From Lingula anatina (taxonomy: Eukaryota; Animalia; Brachiopoda): DNA of 64,000 nucleotides. The DNA lies in assembly GCA_051362555.1 (NCBI GenBank), contig CM120640.1:62288788-62352787 (forward strand), given 5' to 3'. Made by a program: the position numbers and the translations under genes. Below, in pieces: positions 1 through 13,009 of the stretch. Numbering within the stretch: position 1 is the first letter of the stretch; each line of letters starts with the position of its first letter. The notes below the pieces were generated by a model that ran no database searches, was not told where the DNA came from, and was given only the letters and a program-made list of their open reading frames with translations.

Positions 1-54
1 ACCAGGTATGTATATTGCATAAAGAAGGACCCACAAACATAAAATACCTATAGT

Positions 55-260
55 TTACCACTCAGGTCGCTACGTTTAACTGCTCGATATGTGAGGGGAT
101 AAAAACGGTGTAAAAATGACCATGTGAGCGACACAACATTCCAGCAAGTAAGAATAGAATGGCGTTTTGGCCACTGTGTTTACAAAATCGACTACCCCGC
201 ATTCCGGAGATATCCGAGCACTGTGCCTTATTTACTTACAGCGTAATGCGGAAATGCAGA
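55..260. promoter_or_regulatory. CpG-retaining segment, putative promoter or non-coding first exon
   Basis: Many CpG dinucleotides compared with the depleted gene body; possible donor CAA|gtaaga at 147/148. Boundaries uncertain. Confidence 0.35.
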
Positions 261-1046
261 TATGTTTGCAATGACCTAGAATGCAGACAAATTAAAAATG
301 ATAACTTTTTATAAATATCAGTACAAAGTTTTGAATTGTTGAGTTGAAGTTGACTTTTCCAACCCAGTTTAACCTGTTGCTTGTAGGTGTAACCGTTGCT
401 TGCTTCCATGTGCTGAAACAGGTTCATAATCCAGGGTACGTTTTGGTTACTCCATTGTTTCCTACTTGTGCTTTCATGATTCCAGCAGTGATGTATGTAC
501 ATTTATGTGCAGTCGGATTGGCATAACAGTAGCAGCCATTCAGTGTCATGCCAAAATATCATCACATTAATTTTTATTATGTTTATTATTCAGCAGTAGA
601 AAGACCTGTGTTCTGCATAGGATACTAAACCATTCAGCAAGTGTTGCTGTTAGGATACCTTGTCAATTTTCAATTTACGACAGTTTTAAAGAAAACCAAA
701 ACATTATATGACATTGTGGTTTTTCTCAGGATTTGGGGTACCAAAATGTGAATGTGTAATTTGATCATTGATTTACAGTCCAACTTAAGCAAGCCCAACC
801 AACCAACCCCAAAATTTTATAAGCCGCCGTATCATCTTAGGAAATAAAGGCTGTCTTTTGAGGCTAATGGCGGACGAAATGATGACTGGACGGCTCTCTG
901 GGAAAAACCTTGTATGACATTGACCAGAAGCATCTGTTCATAATTTTAGAAATTTATTCGGTCAGTATATACTGCTTCCAGTTGCTTTGGTTCTACTTAT
1001 TGTTGAGATACCTAGAGATACCTTGGTCTGCCTCCCCGCTGTGACT

Positions 1047-1363
1047 CAGGCCTACCCAACTACCAGACTCGGCACCGAATCATCCAGAATTCACCGGTAG
1101 ATCAGACCATACTACCCGTTTTCAAGGTGTGTGTCAGATCGCATTACACAGTATCAGACGCGACACCGCTCTTGCCTAGTATGCGATGTGATAGTGACGA
1201 TTCTCAGTGGGGTTGAAAAGCATTGCATCACCACTCAAAATTTGTTCAGGGTATGATACTGTGTAATGCGATCTGACACACACCTTGAAAACGGGTAGTG
1301 TGGTCTGATCTACCGGTGAATTCTGGATCATTCGGTGCCGAGTCTGGTAGTTGGGTAGGCCTG
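1047..1363. mobile_element. MITE (non-autonomous DNA transposon), 317 bp, 110-bp TIRs, 5-bp TSD TGACT
   Basis: 1047-1156 is the reverse complement of 1254-1363 with 2 mismatches; tgact at 1042-1046 and 1364-1368. Confidence 0.92.
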
Positions 1364-4300
1364 TGACTGTTTTACTTGCTATTGTTGTGTGCAATTATTA
1401 AGTGACCACACGTTAAGTAACAGAAAACTTATTGACACTTGGTTTTGAAGTTGGTGTAACATGTTACATGTGCCCAAAGCATCTTATCAAGATGAGATAA
1501 CAATATAAATTTTTTATGAAAATACCTGTGTTACTGTATCACCAGTCAATCTGCCCTGGTCCTGATATAGCGCAGGTTCCCATCCATATGAAAATCACAT
1601 TTAACAGATAAGCTCTCACTTATCATTTTGATTGTTTTCCTTTTTAAACCAAAAACACTGGATAGCATTTAGCACTGTTATTGCCCTTTTTCTTGTCTTG
1701 TGCAAGCTACTAAACATCTAGGTCTACTGTTCAAAAGAATTGAAATTTATAATGTAATCTAACATCTTTTGATTTAGTTATCTATTAGTCTGAAACTACA
1801 AACAAGTGTTGGCTTAAAGGTTAAAAGACATTCCTTTGTTTTATTTCATGAAAAGTGAATTAGTGACTGGTTAACAGCAGTGTTCCGAGAATTAAAAATA
1901 AATTGAAAAAAAGTATATCATTCTTAGACTCCAGTTTATAAGCCAAGAGTCTAAAAATGTTCTTTGACAATTATATTTTAATTTGTTGATTTGCTCAGAA
2001 TTAATTGCCATTAGAAAGTAGTTTAAACCTTTTGTGGATCTTTGAAGATTGGATAAAAAAGTGCTGCACTTGGTCCTGTCCTTTAAACAATATTTATTCT
2101 CTAGCAGAATTAAACTGAGTAATAAATGCCTATATGTTCTTATGTAACTTACTCAGTGTGTCCTTTCTTAGAAATCCTGATGTCCTGGATTCTTGCTTAC
2201 TAGTATTCCATTAAATTCCTATTTATATTGTGTTTTGCAATTTGTTAAACTATATTTTGTTACAATGGGATTTTGTAAAACTTCTTAAAATGCACAGATA
2301 TAAGGCCAGTATAAAAGTTGCAAGCATAATTTAAGAAAGAGTATGTTCAAACTTTGCATGACCCCCCAGACCTCTTTAACAATAACAAATAAATTTAAAA
2401 AAGCCTTGAACACATAATTCACAAGCCTAAGTAGGCAATCCAGTTAAAAAAGCTTCTTTAGCTGAGCACTCTGGACAACATGACAAAACATGACAAGAGA
2501 GGCAGTACTGTGCACATATTTATGTTAATACTGTGCAATATGCTGGGGTGGTCATCTTGGTTTGTGTTTGCTGATTAACACGTCAGAAAGTTTTGTCTTT
2601 TGCCATGGATAATAAAATAATAGGATAATAAACATAGAAAACAAGTAAATATGCATTTGCTAAATGCAGGTGCCAGATTGGTTTTGATTTCTGGAGGCAG
2701 GTAGTTAATAGCATTTATCAAAGTCTGGAGACTAAGCTTCAAAATTGTAAGTTTTTTTCAGGATTTGTAGAAGAATTGGGTCAGAAATAATGGCAGACTG
2801 GTGAATGTGATATGATACAGCTATGAATAAAAGAAGACAGCTTTTACCCACTGAATTTACACGTAAAATGACCATTACGAGTCCACCATGTTCTGGGTAT
2901 CACTTTTGTTTCACACTTATGGCTAGAAAGCTAACCCTGCCTTATATGGATTCTCACAAAAATTGTTATCTTGTCTCACAGTGACAACAGTCACATTTTA
3001 GGGCCTCTCAGATAATTTCCATCAGAGAATACAGAGGGGTTGACACTGGGTGAGGGGTAGAGAAGTTCCTGAATGTAGACTTGATACATTTTTGTGCAAA
3101 TTGACCTGCATAGGGCTAGAAATAATCACCGACACACTATTTCTTTGCTGATAATTTTCAATTAAACTGTCGCTTGAAGTTGAACTTGAAACAGCAGTAC
3201 AGTTGAGAGTAAAATATCCTGTAGACCAGATTTTTTCCCACATCGGGTCAGTCTGCTGATTCTTTATAAGAATTTAGTCTGAAACAGTCATGCTTGGCCT
3301 CCAAAACTTTACATTAATCATGACTTTAGTGGGTGCTTTTGCCATTAAAAAAAGCAATAATATTTGTATGACATAACTGCATTCTTTCTGGAGTTCTTTT
3401 AGCATTTATGTGCCCATTAGATGCATTGACTGCTTTTACTAGGAACAGGTTTCAAGTCTGCAATAATCAGTGAACTTTGTTTAATAATTCAGGCTACTGT
3501 ATGCAACACTGAAGAGGGAAAACCTTATCTGCAGGTAGCATTTTAATATAAGTTGATGTGTTAAACTAAAACTAATGCAAATTAACAAGTTTCCTCTTGC
3601 TCTTGCTTGTAAAACTTTGAGAATTCTATTTTCATGGTTGGGTAGACTAGAGGATATGCTGCTTGCAAAATATTCCAAACATGTTTATATGTCTGAAAGC
3701 TACATTATTGCTGTTTGCTAGAAAACTTCATCATTTAAAAAATGTATGAGGTATTGTCTTTTACTAACTGACTTGGTCATAAATATGCTCACTGTTATAC
3801 CATCCACCTGTGACCTTTAAAAGGATGCAATTTTGATTTTATTTATGGACAAATCTCCATCTCTGAACATAGAGTCTGAAGGTTTTCAGCGACAGCCATA
3901 CCATACTTTACAATTACCATCAGGTGCAACTTCAAAAGCATTTAACCTACTTTACTGTGCCAACATAGTGATCATGGGCTTAAACTGTGAATGTTTTTTA
4001 CAGGCCTTGTGAAGTGTTAAGTTTTAAGAGCATGTGCTGACTTGAAGATTGGATGTTGTTCAGCATATACCTATTACAACTACGTCTACAGTGGACTATG
4101 AATTGTGGTAGAATTCCATTCAAGTGAAAGGAGAGACATCTACCCATTGGAAGAGCCATGTTTCAAGGAGGTAACATTGATGTTTATACTGGTGACTCTT
4201 ACATTAATAGCGGCACCTGTTAAATAATGGCATTTTCTCTGTACAATTTAAACTTATGAATTCATACTGTTTGTATTTTTACTAACTTTGCATTGTACTG

Positions 4301-5719
4301 ATAATTGATAGCCTATTTAACAGTTTATTTTTAGTTAATTTTTTATTTATATTTTGTTAAACTGTTGGTGTAAAAGGCCTTTTTACTTCCAGCATTACAT
4401 CTGAGTTATACAGCTGGAATGATGTGTTTTGAACTATTGACAGCTTAATGGCTTGGCTATGATGTAAGAGAATCACCTAAATGGACCCCTGCTTCAACAT
4501 CTCCTTTCCCCCACCTTCAATTTGAACAATTAATTAACATCCTCATACATCAGGAAATGTACTAAGGGAGAAGTTGTAAAACAGAGACGAGTCCCAAGTA
4601 GAGTAGTTACAAGGTACAAACTCTCAGAACATATTGCTTCAACTCTATAGCTTAGATATAATGCTCATTGTGAAAAGGCCTTAAATGTGATTATGCATTT
4701 TTTGACCTTGAACAAGTGTGCAAGTTGGCAACTTCCTGCACTGTTGACAAAAGTTGCTGTTGTTCATAATATGGTAAACAATAGGTCTACACATGTATAT
4801 TATGAGAACAATGTATGAAACCTTGTGTATATATGTATAAACACAAACATTTCCCATTAGGTATAACCTGTCAGTTGGAATATCCAAGGGTGTGTCAGAA
4901 AACTGATAACTGACCCTATAGTAACCCTATAGTTTCAAGCATTAATGAACCAATAGCTACTAATAAAGTGCTGTCCACATGTCACAATAACCTGTAGAGT
5001 GTTGGTGGTTGAGGTAAGTTGGGCCTGTTGACTGTAGATTTGTTCTGAACTTCACACATAGTCTTAGACTGAAACAGACTCATGGCACATGCAGTCACAT
5101 GACAACATGAACTCTTCATTCCACTGCAGACTGATAAATCATATGCCAGCTATCTGGTGGTCTGGTGACGTAAATCAGTCTGTTACATAGTTAATCCAGT
5201 TATAAACATATTCATATTGAATTCAGTTCATAAATGGCATTTACAAGCATGTGGGCATATGTCATACTAATGTCTTACCAATTTTAGTACTGTCCGAGAA
5301 AATCTCTATCAGTTCATCTGATGCCGGGAGTTATGGGTCAGTCAGTGTGTTAGCCCCCTATTTTATGTACCAGTACTAGTAGTCAATTTCTCACAGACTG
5401 GCTATACTAAGGCTGTGTCATTTCAGAGAGCTGACAGTAGAGGAGAGTGAGGTGAGTCATTCTGTGAGCACTTTGAAATCCAATACACACAACCCAGCCC
5501 AGATAGTGGGCATGGACAAGTGCACCTTGTTGAGTGTAATGGGACAGATTTGTACAATCTTGACATTGCTGCATTCATATATAGTGATATTATTCAGTTA
5601 TGGAGAGGTGGTAGAAATTATTAAAAATTTTTTGGTCAGAAGTAATCGAGTTGACCTTGCCTTGCAAATTAGCCTATGTTGTGGGTGCTCCCACAAGTCC
5701 TGATAAGTTGGTGCCCCTA

Positions 5720-5750
5720 CCCCCCCCCCCCCCCCCCCACACACACACAC
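5720..5750. repeat. C19 tract followed by (AC)n
   Basis: Read directly from the sequence. Confidence 0.9.
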
Positions 5751-7237
5751 CAACCCATACCCCGCCCAAGGCTAGAGATGATCTGTACAGACACCTGTGC
5801 CAGTCCACTAGATCACAATTCAACTATAGACTATTTCTGGTTTAAGTTAGCCCAGTTCAGAATGCAGCCACATCGCCTCATTCTTTAGTTGAGAATATCA
5901 ACCTCCAGTCTACTGAGTTAGCTTAATTCTGTTGTTGTATAAATTATGCCACACTGTTTCATTTTACTGTTGGGTAAATGACCTTTGATGATGTACCAAG
6001 GCATTTTAATTCTCTTGTTGTCATGCTCAGGGTAGTAGGAGTTGATAGCCTAGATGGCTGGGTCTCTTTGATCTCTGTGTTTTATTGCTGATTTGCTAGG
6101 TAAGTCCTACCTGACCCAGGCTGATTGGACACGAGTTTACAAGGGGATATTTTTACACTCCATTCTTTTAGGCCTGGTCCACACTCAGACTCACGTAGAC
6201 TGAAAATAATTTAACTGGCAGTACTGGACATTTACAGTAGATGAAGATCTTCCATGCAATTGTGAACTAAGTTTGAATGTTGCATCAGGAGTGCCTTATA
6301 ACTTTCATTGTGAACATTGCATTGTGTGACTGACCATTATTGTTTACATGTACATAATGTTATGCCCTCTTTCTTTACTTTATTTTACTTTATTTACTTT
6401 ATTTTGAGAAGAGCTCACTATAGTTAATGTTCATCGTTAGGCTCCATGGAAAATGACCCCTGCCTGCTAATCACAGTGATGTAGAAACAGTTATTTTATG
6501 TTGGATGTTGAGATCTAAAGTGAGCCCCTAGCTTAAAATCTGTTGGTAGATTTATGATTATATTATATAAAAGGGTCTCTTGGAATCACTGTATAATATA
6601 AAATGCCATTCCAAAATGGTAGTGGTTCCTTCTGTTTTACATTTGGCTGTAGTTAAAACATTGTGTAATTATGTAATTTTTTTTATTATGGATGTAAAAA
6701 AAGGGATGTAAAAAAAATGAAAGGGTTATATTTAGAGAAAGGGGCATATTTAGGAATGATACTTTGGAATGACCTTTTGTTTTTATGGTCATACTTCATA
6801 ATCAGTTACTGATCCAAGTCCCCTTTTTTTGCGTTTGCATGCATGTACATATATGCTTGTGTGTAAAGGTGTCACATTATCACCTTGATGTGTTTTTATA
6901 TTTGACTCAATTTTAACTCAAAAAAGCTGTCACTGGAAGGTGTGTACAATAATTTACTAGTCCTGTGGTATAATGGCATCATTTATTTATACTAGTGTTG
7001 CTAAACTGGTTATCTTATGTGACGCATGCAATGAGTATAATCTGAGTGCTTAAAAATTCATAGTAGATTATTCTGTGATAAGGTAAATATTGTGATATAA
7101 TATTTATGTGATGGTGTTTCATCTAAAAACATCAGAAATCTAAGGATATATTGTAAGTTAGGCACATCACCAGGAACTGCTGTTCCATAGGCAATCATTA
7201 TGTGAAGTAACTAATATTCAAACAGGTGTTGTATGGC

Positions 7238-7258
7238 TGTGTGTGTGTGTGTGTGTGT
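7238..7258. repeat. (TG)n microsatellite
   Basis: Read directly from the sequence. Confidence 0.95.
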
Positions 7259-7563
7259 CATTCTGTCCTAGTTTGCATACTGTGAAAACCAGTAATCTGC
7301 CAACTGGTGTATTTGATCACACGCGTTCAATATGCAGGTGCTTTATATACTATTAATGCATGTTAACCTATCTACGGTGTATACCAGGACAGAAAATACA
7401 GTAAGCTACTAGTATCCACATTCATGTATATTTTAAATCACTACCTCGATGGGAGACCTGTCTTATATTAGGAAACCTTCAGTAAGAACACTGCAAAGGA
7501 TTTCATCTTTCCACATCCCGGTGTAGTAGGAAGTAAGGAGAGACTTTGGCATATTATTTCAAA

Positions 7564-7642
7564 ATGTCAGAAAAACAACAGCAGCAGGTGAAGGACTCAA
7601 AAGAGATGTCTTTTCCTGAAGCTGGAATTTATTCAGATGCAG
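7564..7642 (+). CDS. Candidate upstream coding exon giving an N-terminal extension MSEKQQQQVKDSKEMSFPEAGIYSDA
   Basis: caaaATG start, 26 codons plus 1 nt, donor CAG|gtagga (phase 1); splicing to 12966 reads D-G-W-R in frame into the ATG at 12977. Confidence 0.5.
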
Positions 7643-10600
7643 GTAGGACAATTTTCTGCTCAGTTGGAAATGAGAGAGTTTGCATAATTCCCTGTAAGGT
7701 TTAGAATTTGGAGTTTTGAGTTGTTATTGTGGGAACTAATATAAGTTATGGTTTCTTGTACAGGCACTTTGCAGTTTGAGACAGTTAAGACATACATTAA
7801 AAAGAAAGACTTAAACCAGGCACCTGTCTGGTTCACTGGTGCATAGACTATATATAGACTGAACTTGATTATTGCCTTAATTTAAAGAACTAAATTGCTT
7901 TGCAATGGGCATTGGAATGTGCAAATATACTTCTTTTCATATTCCAGCAACTTCCACAGGTTCTTTAAATCATTTAAATATTACAGGCTGATGTTTTCAC
8001 TGTACATGTGGGTTGTTTTTATGTGAATGATATCAATTATCAAAATATTTAGGACAGCATTATTTAAAGGTTGCCCTGGTGATGCCCCATTAGGATAAGC
8101 AGTGGATTATAGAAAATACTGTTCTTGTTTGTTGTATTGGTGCTAGCAATGCTTAAGGAATAATAGTCAAAAGTAGGATTTTAAAGTGAAAATTTTTAAT
8201 TAACATCATAACAGACCTTAACGCTTTTAACATATGGAAATGAACTGGCTAGGTAGCCACATTGGCAAGGTATGGTAATAGATTATAGGAAGCAACACCT
8301 GTGTGGTAGTGTGTTTTCTCTGTGTAACTGTACATTAAATTTTGAACATCCAATAGAAAACTTATTTGCACATGTGGATATAATGATGAAAAAAATATAT
8401 ATAGCAGAAATCATATTTATTTTACTCCCACCATGTATGTTTTTAGGTGTGTATATCAAGTTAATGTGAATATAGTTGTTCTAAGATGTAGGAAGTATTT
8501 ATTTAAGTAAAGTGTTAATGGAAGAAATATAAGTATTTATTGATATAATAATAATTCTTGGTATAGAGGAAACCATTCTACCTGAACCAGTAGGTTATGG
8601 TTATCATTGTGGTGTGATATTGATTGGACTGGCACTGAAGTGTAATATAAGCCTGATTCTTTATCACCAGAACACCTGTTACAACTTGATACTTCTTTTT
8701 GGAAAAACATCTAAGAAAAATATAACAAACAATAAAAATATATCATCTTTGGCATTTGACTCTGTTTATATCAGTTTATTGATTGATAAGAAAAAGGCAG
8801 GTTAAGGGTTCAATATGAGTTCTTAGTAAAAAAAAGTTGCTGTTTGAGCTAAAAATAGCTCAATTTCTTAATAGCTGGAAGGTGACTTATTTTCATTATT
8901 GCACTTTTAAAAAGTGTCATTATAGGAGAAGAAGATATTGAACAGAATACATTCTACTTGAGGTGATTTTCAGATATTGCACAGTAGAAGGTTATTATAG
9001 CTCGTTTATGGCTGTGCATATACATAATGCATTGAAGTTATATTTTCATTAAAATTCATAAGCTATATAGATGATACAAGTCTGCATTAGCTACTGATGG
9101 GAGTGTAAATGGGCTGTCAGTTTTCTGTCTAGCTTTTTTATCCAATATGCAACATTTGACAGAAACCTGCATAAAATGACATCATCTGTCCTCAAACTGA
9201 GTGCCATCATGGAATACTAAGTACAGCCCATTCATTTGCACAGCAGTTACTTTCAAAATGGTGATAGAAATCTTGCTGGGCTTTTTTTTTTTCAAAAATG
9301 CTTTTAACTGATACCGAATAACAATATAAAAAGATGGTTGTAAGAGATGGGTTAAATTGGTTTCATCATTATTTTTCCCAGCTTTACCCAAAATGATAAA
9401 AGAAGTAAAGGATAATAGAATGTAATAAAAGGCATTATTAACACCTATAAAATGATTTATGCTTAAATCGTGACAGTTATGTTAGAAAAGCTGTATAAAT
9501 GACATATCTTTCACAACAATGAGTTATAAATAAAAAAGGTGAACTTTAGCAGACATTCTTCACTGAAATATGTTGTTTGAAAGCGAAGTTAAAAAATTCT
9601 TGGCACAGAATGTTTGTTAATGCTGGTGATACATACTTTTACAAGTCTTCACAAAGCAATGAAAATTGACCCAGTGAGACCACCATAGTCTTCAGAAAAT
9701 GGCAAACGAGTACTATGAAGCAGTTAAAGTGGTAATGATCCTGAGCCCTCAGTTATTTTTAAGTATGAGGTTGGGGGAGTTCCTTAGTGCTGGTTGCTAT
9801 GGTTATTTTGTTCACTTGAGCACTCTTACTTGGACCCCACCTATCAATTGCATTGTTGGTCCATTATGAATTAATGGAGTGTGTGTTCTGTCTGCATTGG
9901 ATGTTTCTGGAAAGTTGAAATGTTTGAAAAGTGGAAATGATTTGGCATCATGTTACTTATTCAAAGGTATTCCTATTACAGTCTCTTATCCCTCTATGTG
10001 AAAAACCCCCCTTTTGCTTAAGAAAGCTTAATCTAAGTAGATTGTCTTTCAGATTGGTGCAGAAAGGGGTTATACATATTGATGGAAAGTAGTTATATGG
10101 ACAGATACTGCAAAGAAGGTTTCTAGTGAAAGTAAAGTTTTAAAAAATGCAAGTAATGTATTTTATGGTGTTTGTAAACAGAATTTGCAATTTAACTTTA
10201 TCATTGAGTGTGAAGTTGTTTCTTGTCATCATCAACTCCATTACCATATTGAAATTAAGTAGAGGGTAAGAAAAGAACTTTACTGTAGAGAGACCACTTG
10301 ACCTACTAATGATCTCTGTCTCTCTTACATTGTCCGTGGTAAAATGGCATTATCGGAAAGGTCTAAATCCTTTGAGTAAATCCTAATACCTGTTCACATA
10401 TTAGCCCATTTTACAGGCATTTTATTGGAGACATTTATTACGACCCTGTGTATATTTGGGTAATAGGAAGCATGAAACAAGGTGGAGGTGGGATAAAGAT
10501 TGTGTTGCACCCTAAATAACAGCACTCAGTCCTTCCAGGTGGAAGGAAGGGATTTTGAAATAAGAACAGTAAATTACGTTTTGATGGAATAGAGTGTAGA

Positions 10601-12298
10601 ATCATAATGTCAGTACATGATTGTATCTTTTTTTTCTTTAGAAATTAGGCAAATTAAAATGATTTCAAGTATATGCTTTATAATGGTTGATTAAGTTTTG
10701 TCTTTAAAAGAAGCATAGAAATTTTATGTGGTAATTTTTGATAAAAGACATTACCTGTGTACCCTTAGTCAAAGATGCAACATAGAAAAGTGGATATGAT
10801 GAGAGTCTTATGGTTTAAAATGTAGTGGCTTTATTTTATAGGTGGTAGTGGTAAAGGACCCGTGCATCCTCTGTACAAATTTGCATTTTTTTTTACTTAA
10901 ACCCCTTTATTACAGACAGCATTACATTCTGAACATCATTACTCATATCATTACCACAATGGAAACTGCACCACACCTGCTGCAATCCACCACTACCACA
11001 TTCTCCATTGTTTTCCCCCCTGCCCTGTCACATGATAGCACAGGTGATGGCCCAGACTGGGCTTGTTTGATTGTTGACAATATCAGACAACAATCTTTGG
11101 CATCTCAGGCATGCAGACATAGTAGAATGTAACAAGAGTAAGTAAGGAAAAAAGATCTGTGGGTAAGTGAGGAGCCTGGACACTAATCCTCCCTTCTGGG
11201 GTTTCACCTTCCACCTATTAATTAGCATTATTGAAAATTTGCCCTAATCAGATGGGCATAGGCCAGTATTCTTCAGGCCTGGCCATTATAAGGATTTAAC
11301 TCGATAAATTAATGTGGTTAAAAGATGTTTAAGGTATGTTGTCGTAACATGGCTATGTCATACCTTAGATGGTATAAAATGAACTGGGTGGTATTCCTGA
11401 AAAGCACCTCTGATAATACCATACGTCATGCAACATTGAATCATTGGTCTGCACCTCGGTAGATTTACTAGCTCCTAACTCTTTGTTTTACATTCTTCTG
11501 CCTACTAGTAGCACATTATTGTATTCCTCATCCTTATAATAGGACCATGCCCATAGCCAGGTGGGTTATGAGGATTATATTTAAGTCCATCTTAGAACCA
11601 ACAACTGACAAAAAGAGCAGGTATGCTCATGAGGGAGAAAGTGATATTAAGAATGTTTGTGTTGATCAGAGTTAAATTGTGTTATTATTGTATTATACTT
11701 AAACATAAGATAATCGTTTTCAAAACCATTCCAAAGATGGGGTGAATTTCTTAACCTTGTCCTTGATTAGTACTGGTCACTGGTATTGGGCAATTTCTGG
11801 AAATTGTATTGGTCAGTTTCGTAAAGGAAGATCTGGTGGGATAGTTATCTTGTGTCTCATATAGCCAGTGTTTTATGTTGAGCTTGTACAGGGAGGGCAC
11901 TTTGACCCAGAGGTTGAGACAGGTTATTTATCAGAACATTGTCCAGTGTCAACAAGATGTTGTAAAAGACTTTTATTTTGTAGTCAAATGTCTCTCAGGC
12001 AGATGCTTGGGTTTCCTATTAGTTGCTGGGTCAAGAGTTAATTGACTGTGTTGTGAGACATTGGGGTTGATTACACAGGACATGTCACTGGCTGCTTGAT
12101 GACATCAAATGACTTTATTGTCCAAGATTTATAAAGCTTGTCACCAGAAGTGATGGGCAGTTATTTGAGTTGACCACTTGTGACATGCTGTTTATAAGCA
12201 ATCTGTGAAGGGGGAGATTTTTGTGTTGTTCACCTGGGTCTCCAGTGCCTCAAATAGGCTAACATACATAGGATATTATTTAGACCTGGGCTAAAATG

Positions 12299-12318
12299 CC
12301 CCCCCCCCCCCCCCCCCC
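12299..12318. repeat. C20 homopolymer
   Basis: Read directly from the sequence. Confidence 0.9.
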
Positions 12319-12976
12319 AAACTGCATTATGATGAGAAAACACCCAGGAAAGGGGTGTGAACATGGAATATTGTTGTGACACCCGCACAACACCCTTTCA
12401 CTGCATTCAGAACAAGTTTAACGTATAGCTGATATTGTGAAAGGTTTCAACAGATAATATGATTATGTAATTTGAGAAGTAAAAATTTGATAAATAACTA
12501 GTCTCACTGACTATGAATTGTGACATGTGCAACTTATAATGCACATGATATTAAACACAGTTTTTCTCTCATTTTGAAGGCACTTTTAACATTTTTCCTC
12601 CTTTTTTTTAAAGCCAAAATTGCACAATCCTGTCTTGGTTGCATCAAAACATATTCAGTCTGTTGAGTGGGTGTCGGGTGTAACATGAGTATAAAGAGTA
12701 ACCCCTGTAACTGTAAACATATTCTATAATTGTGCTCGGAATGTTGAAAGGCAGTTTTGCATTCTTTTAATGTGTTTTGCATTAACTGTGGCTGAATTGG
12801 TTTTAGCTTTTCAGTGAGGAATGAATGAGATATGTATTTTAATAATTTTATATCTGCAGGTAAAATTTCAGGAAAATACTGGTGTTATCTTCCGTTTTCA
12901 CATCTTTGAATTATTTATTTCTATTTGAACAAGCACATTATTCCAGTCTATGTTTGTATTTTCAGACGGCTGGAGG

Positions 12977-13009
12977 ATGGCTTATACCCCCACTGAAGCT
13001 CCAGTATAT
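12977..13009 (+). CDS. AKAP13/ARHGEF28: Coding exon 1 (exon begins at 12966): MAYTPTEAPVY
   Basis: Acceptor tattttcag ends at 12965, ATG in aggATGg context, donor TAT|gtaagt, phase 0; resembles AKAP13 MKLNPQQAPLY. Confidence 0.88.

Noticed and set aside
1176-1394. 72-aa minus-strand ORF
   Set aside because: It lies within the MITE arm and shows no transposase features.
5651-5888. Proline-rich ORFs
   Set aside because: They are translations of the poly-C and (AC)n tract.
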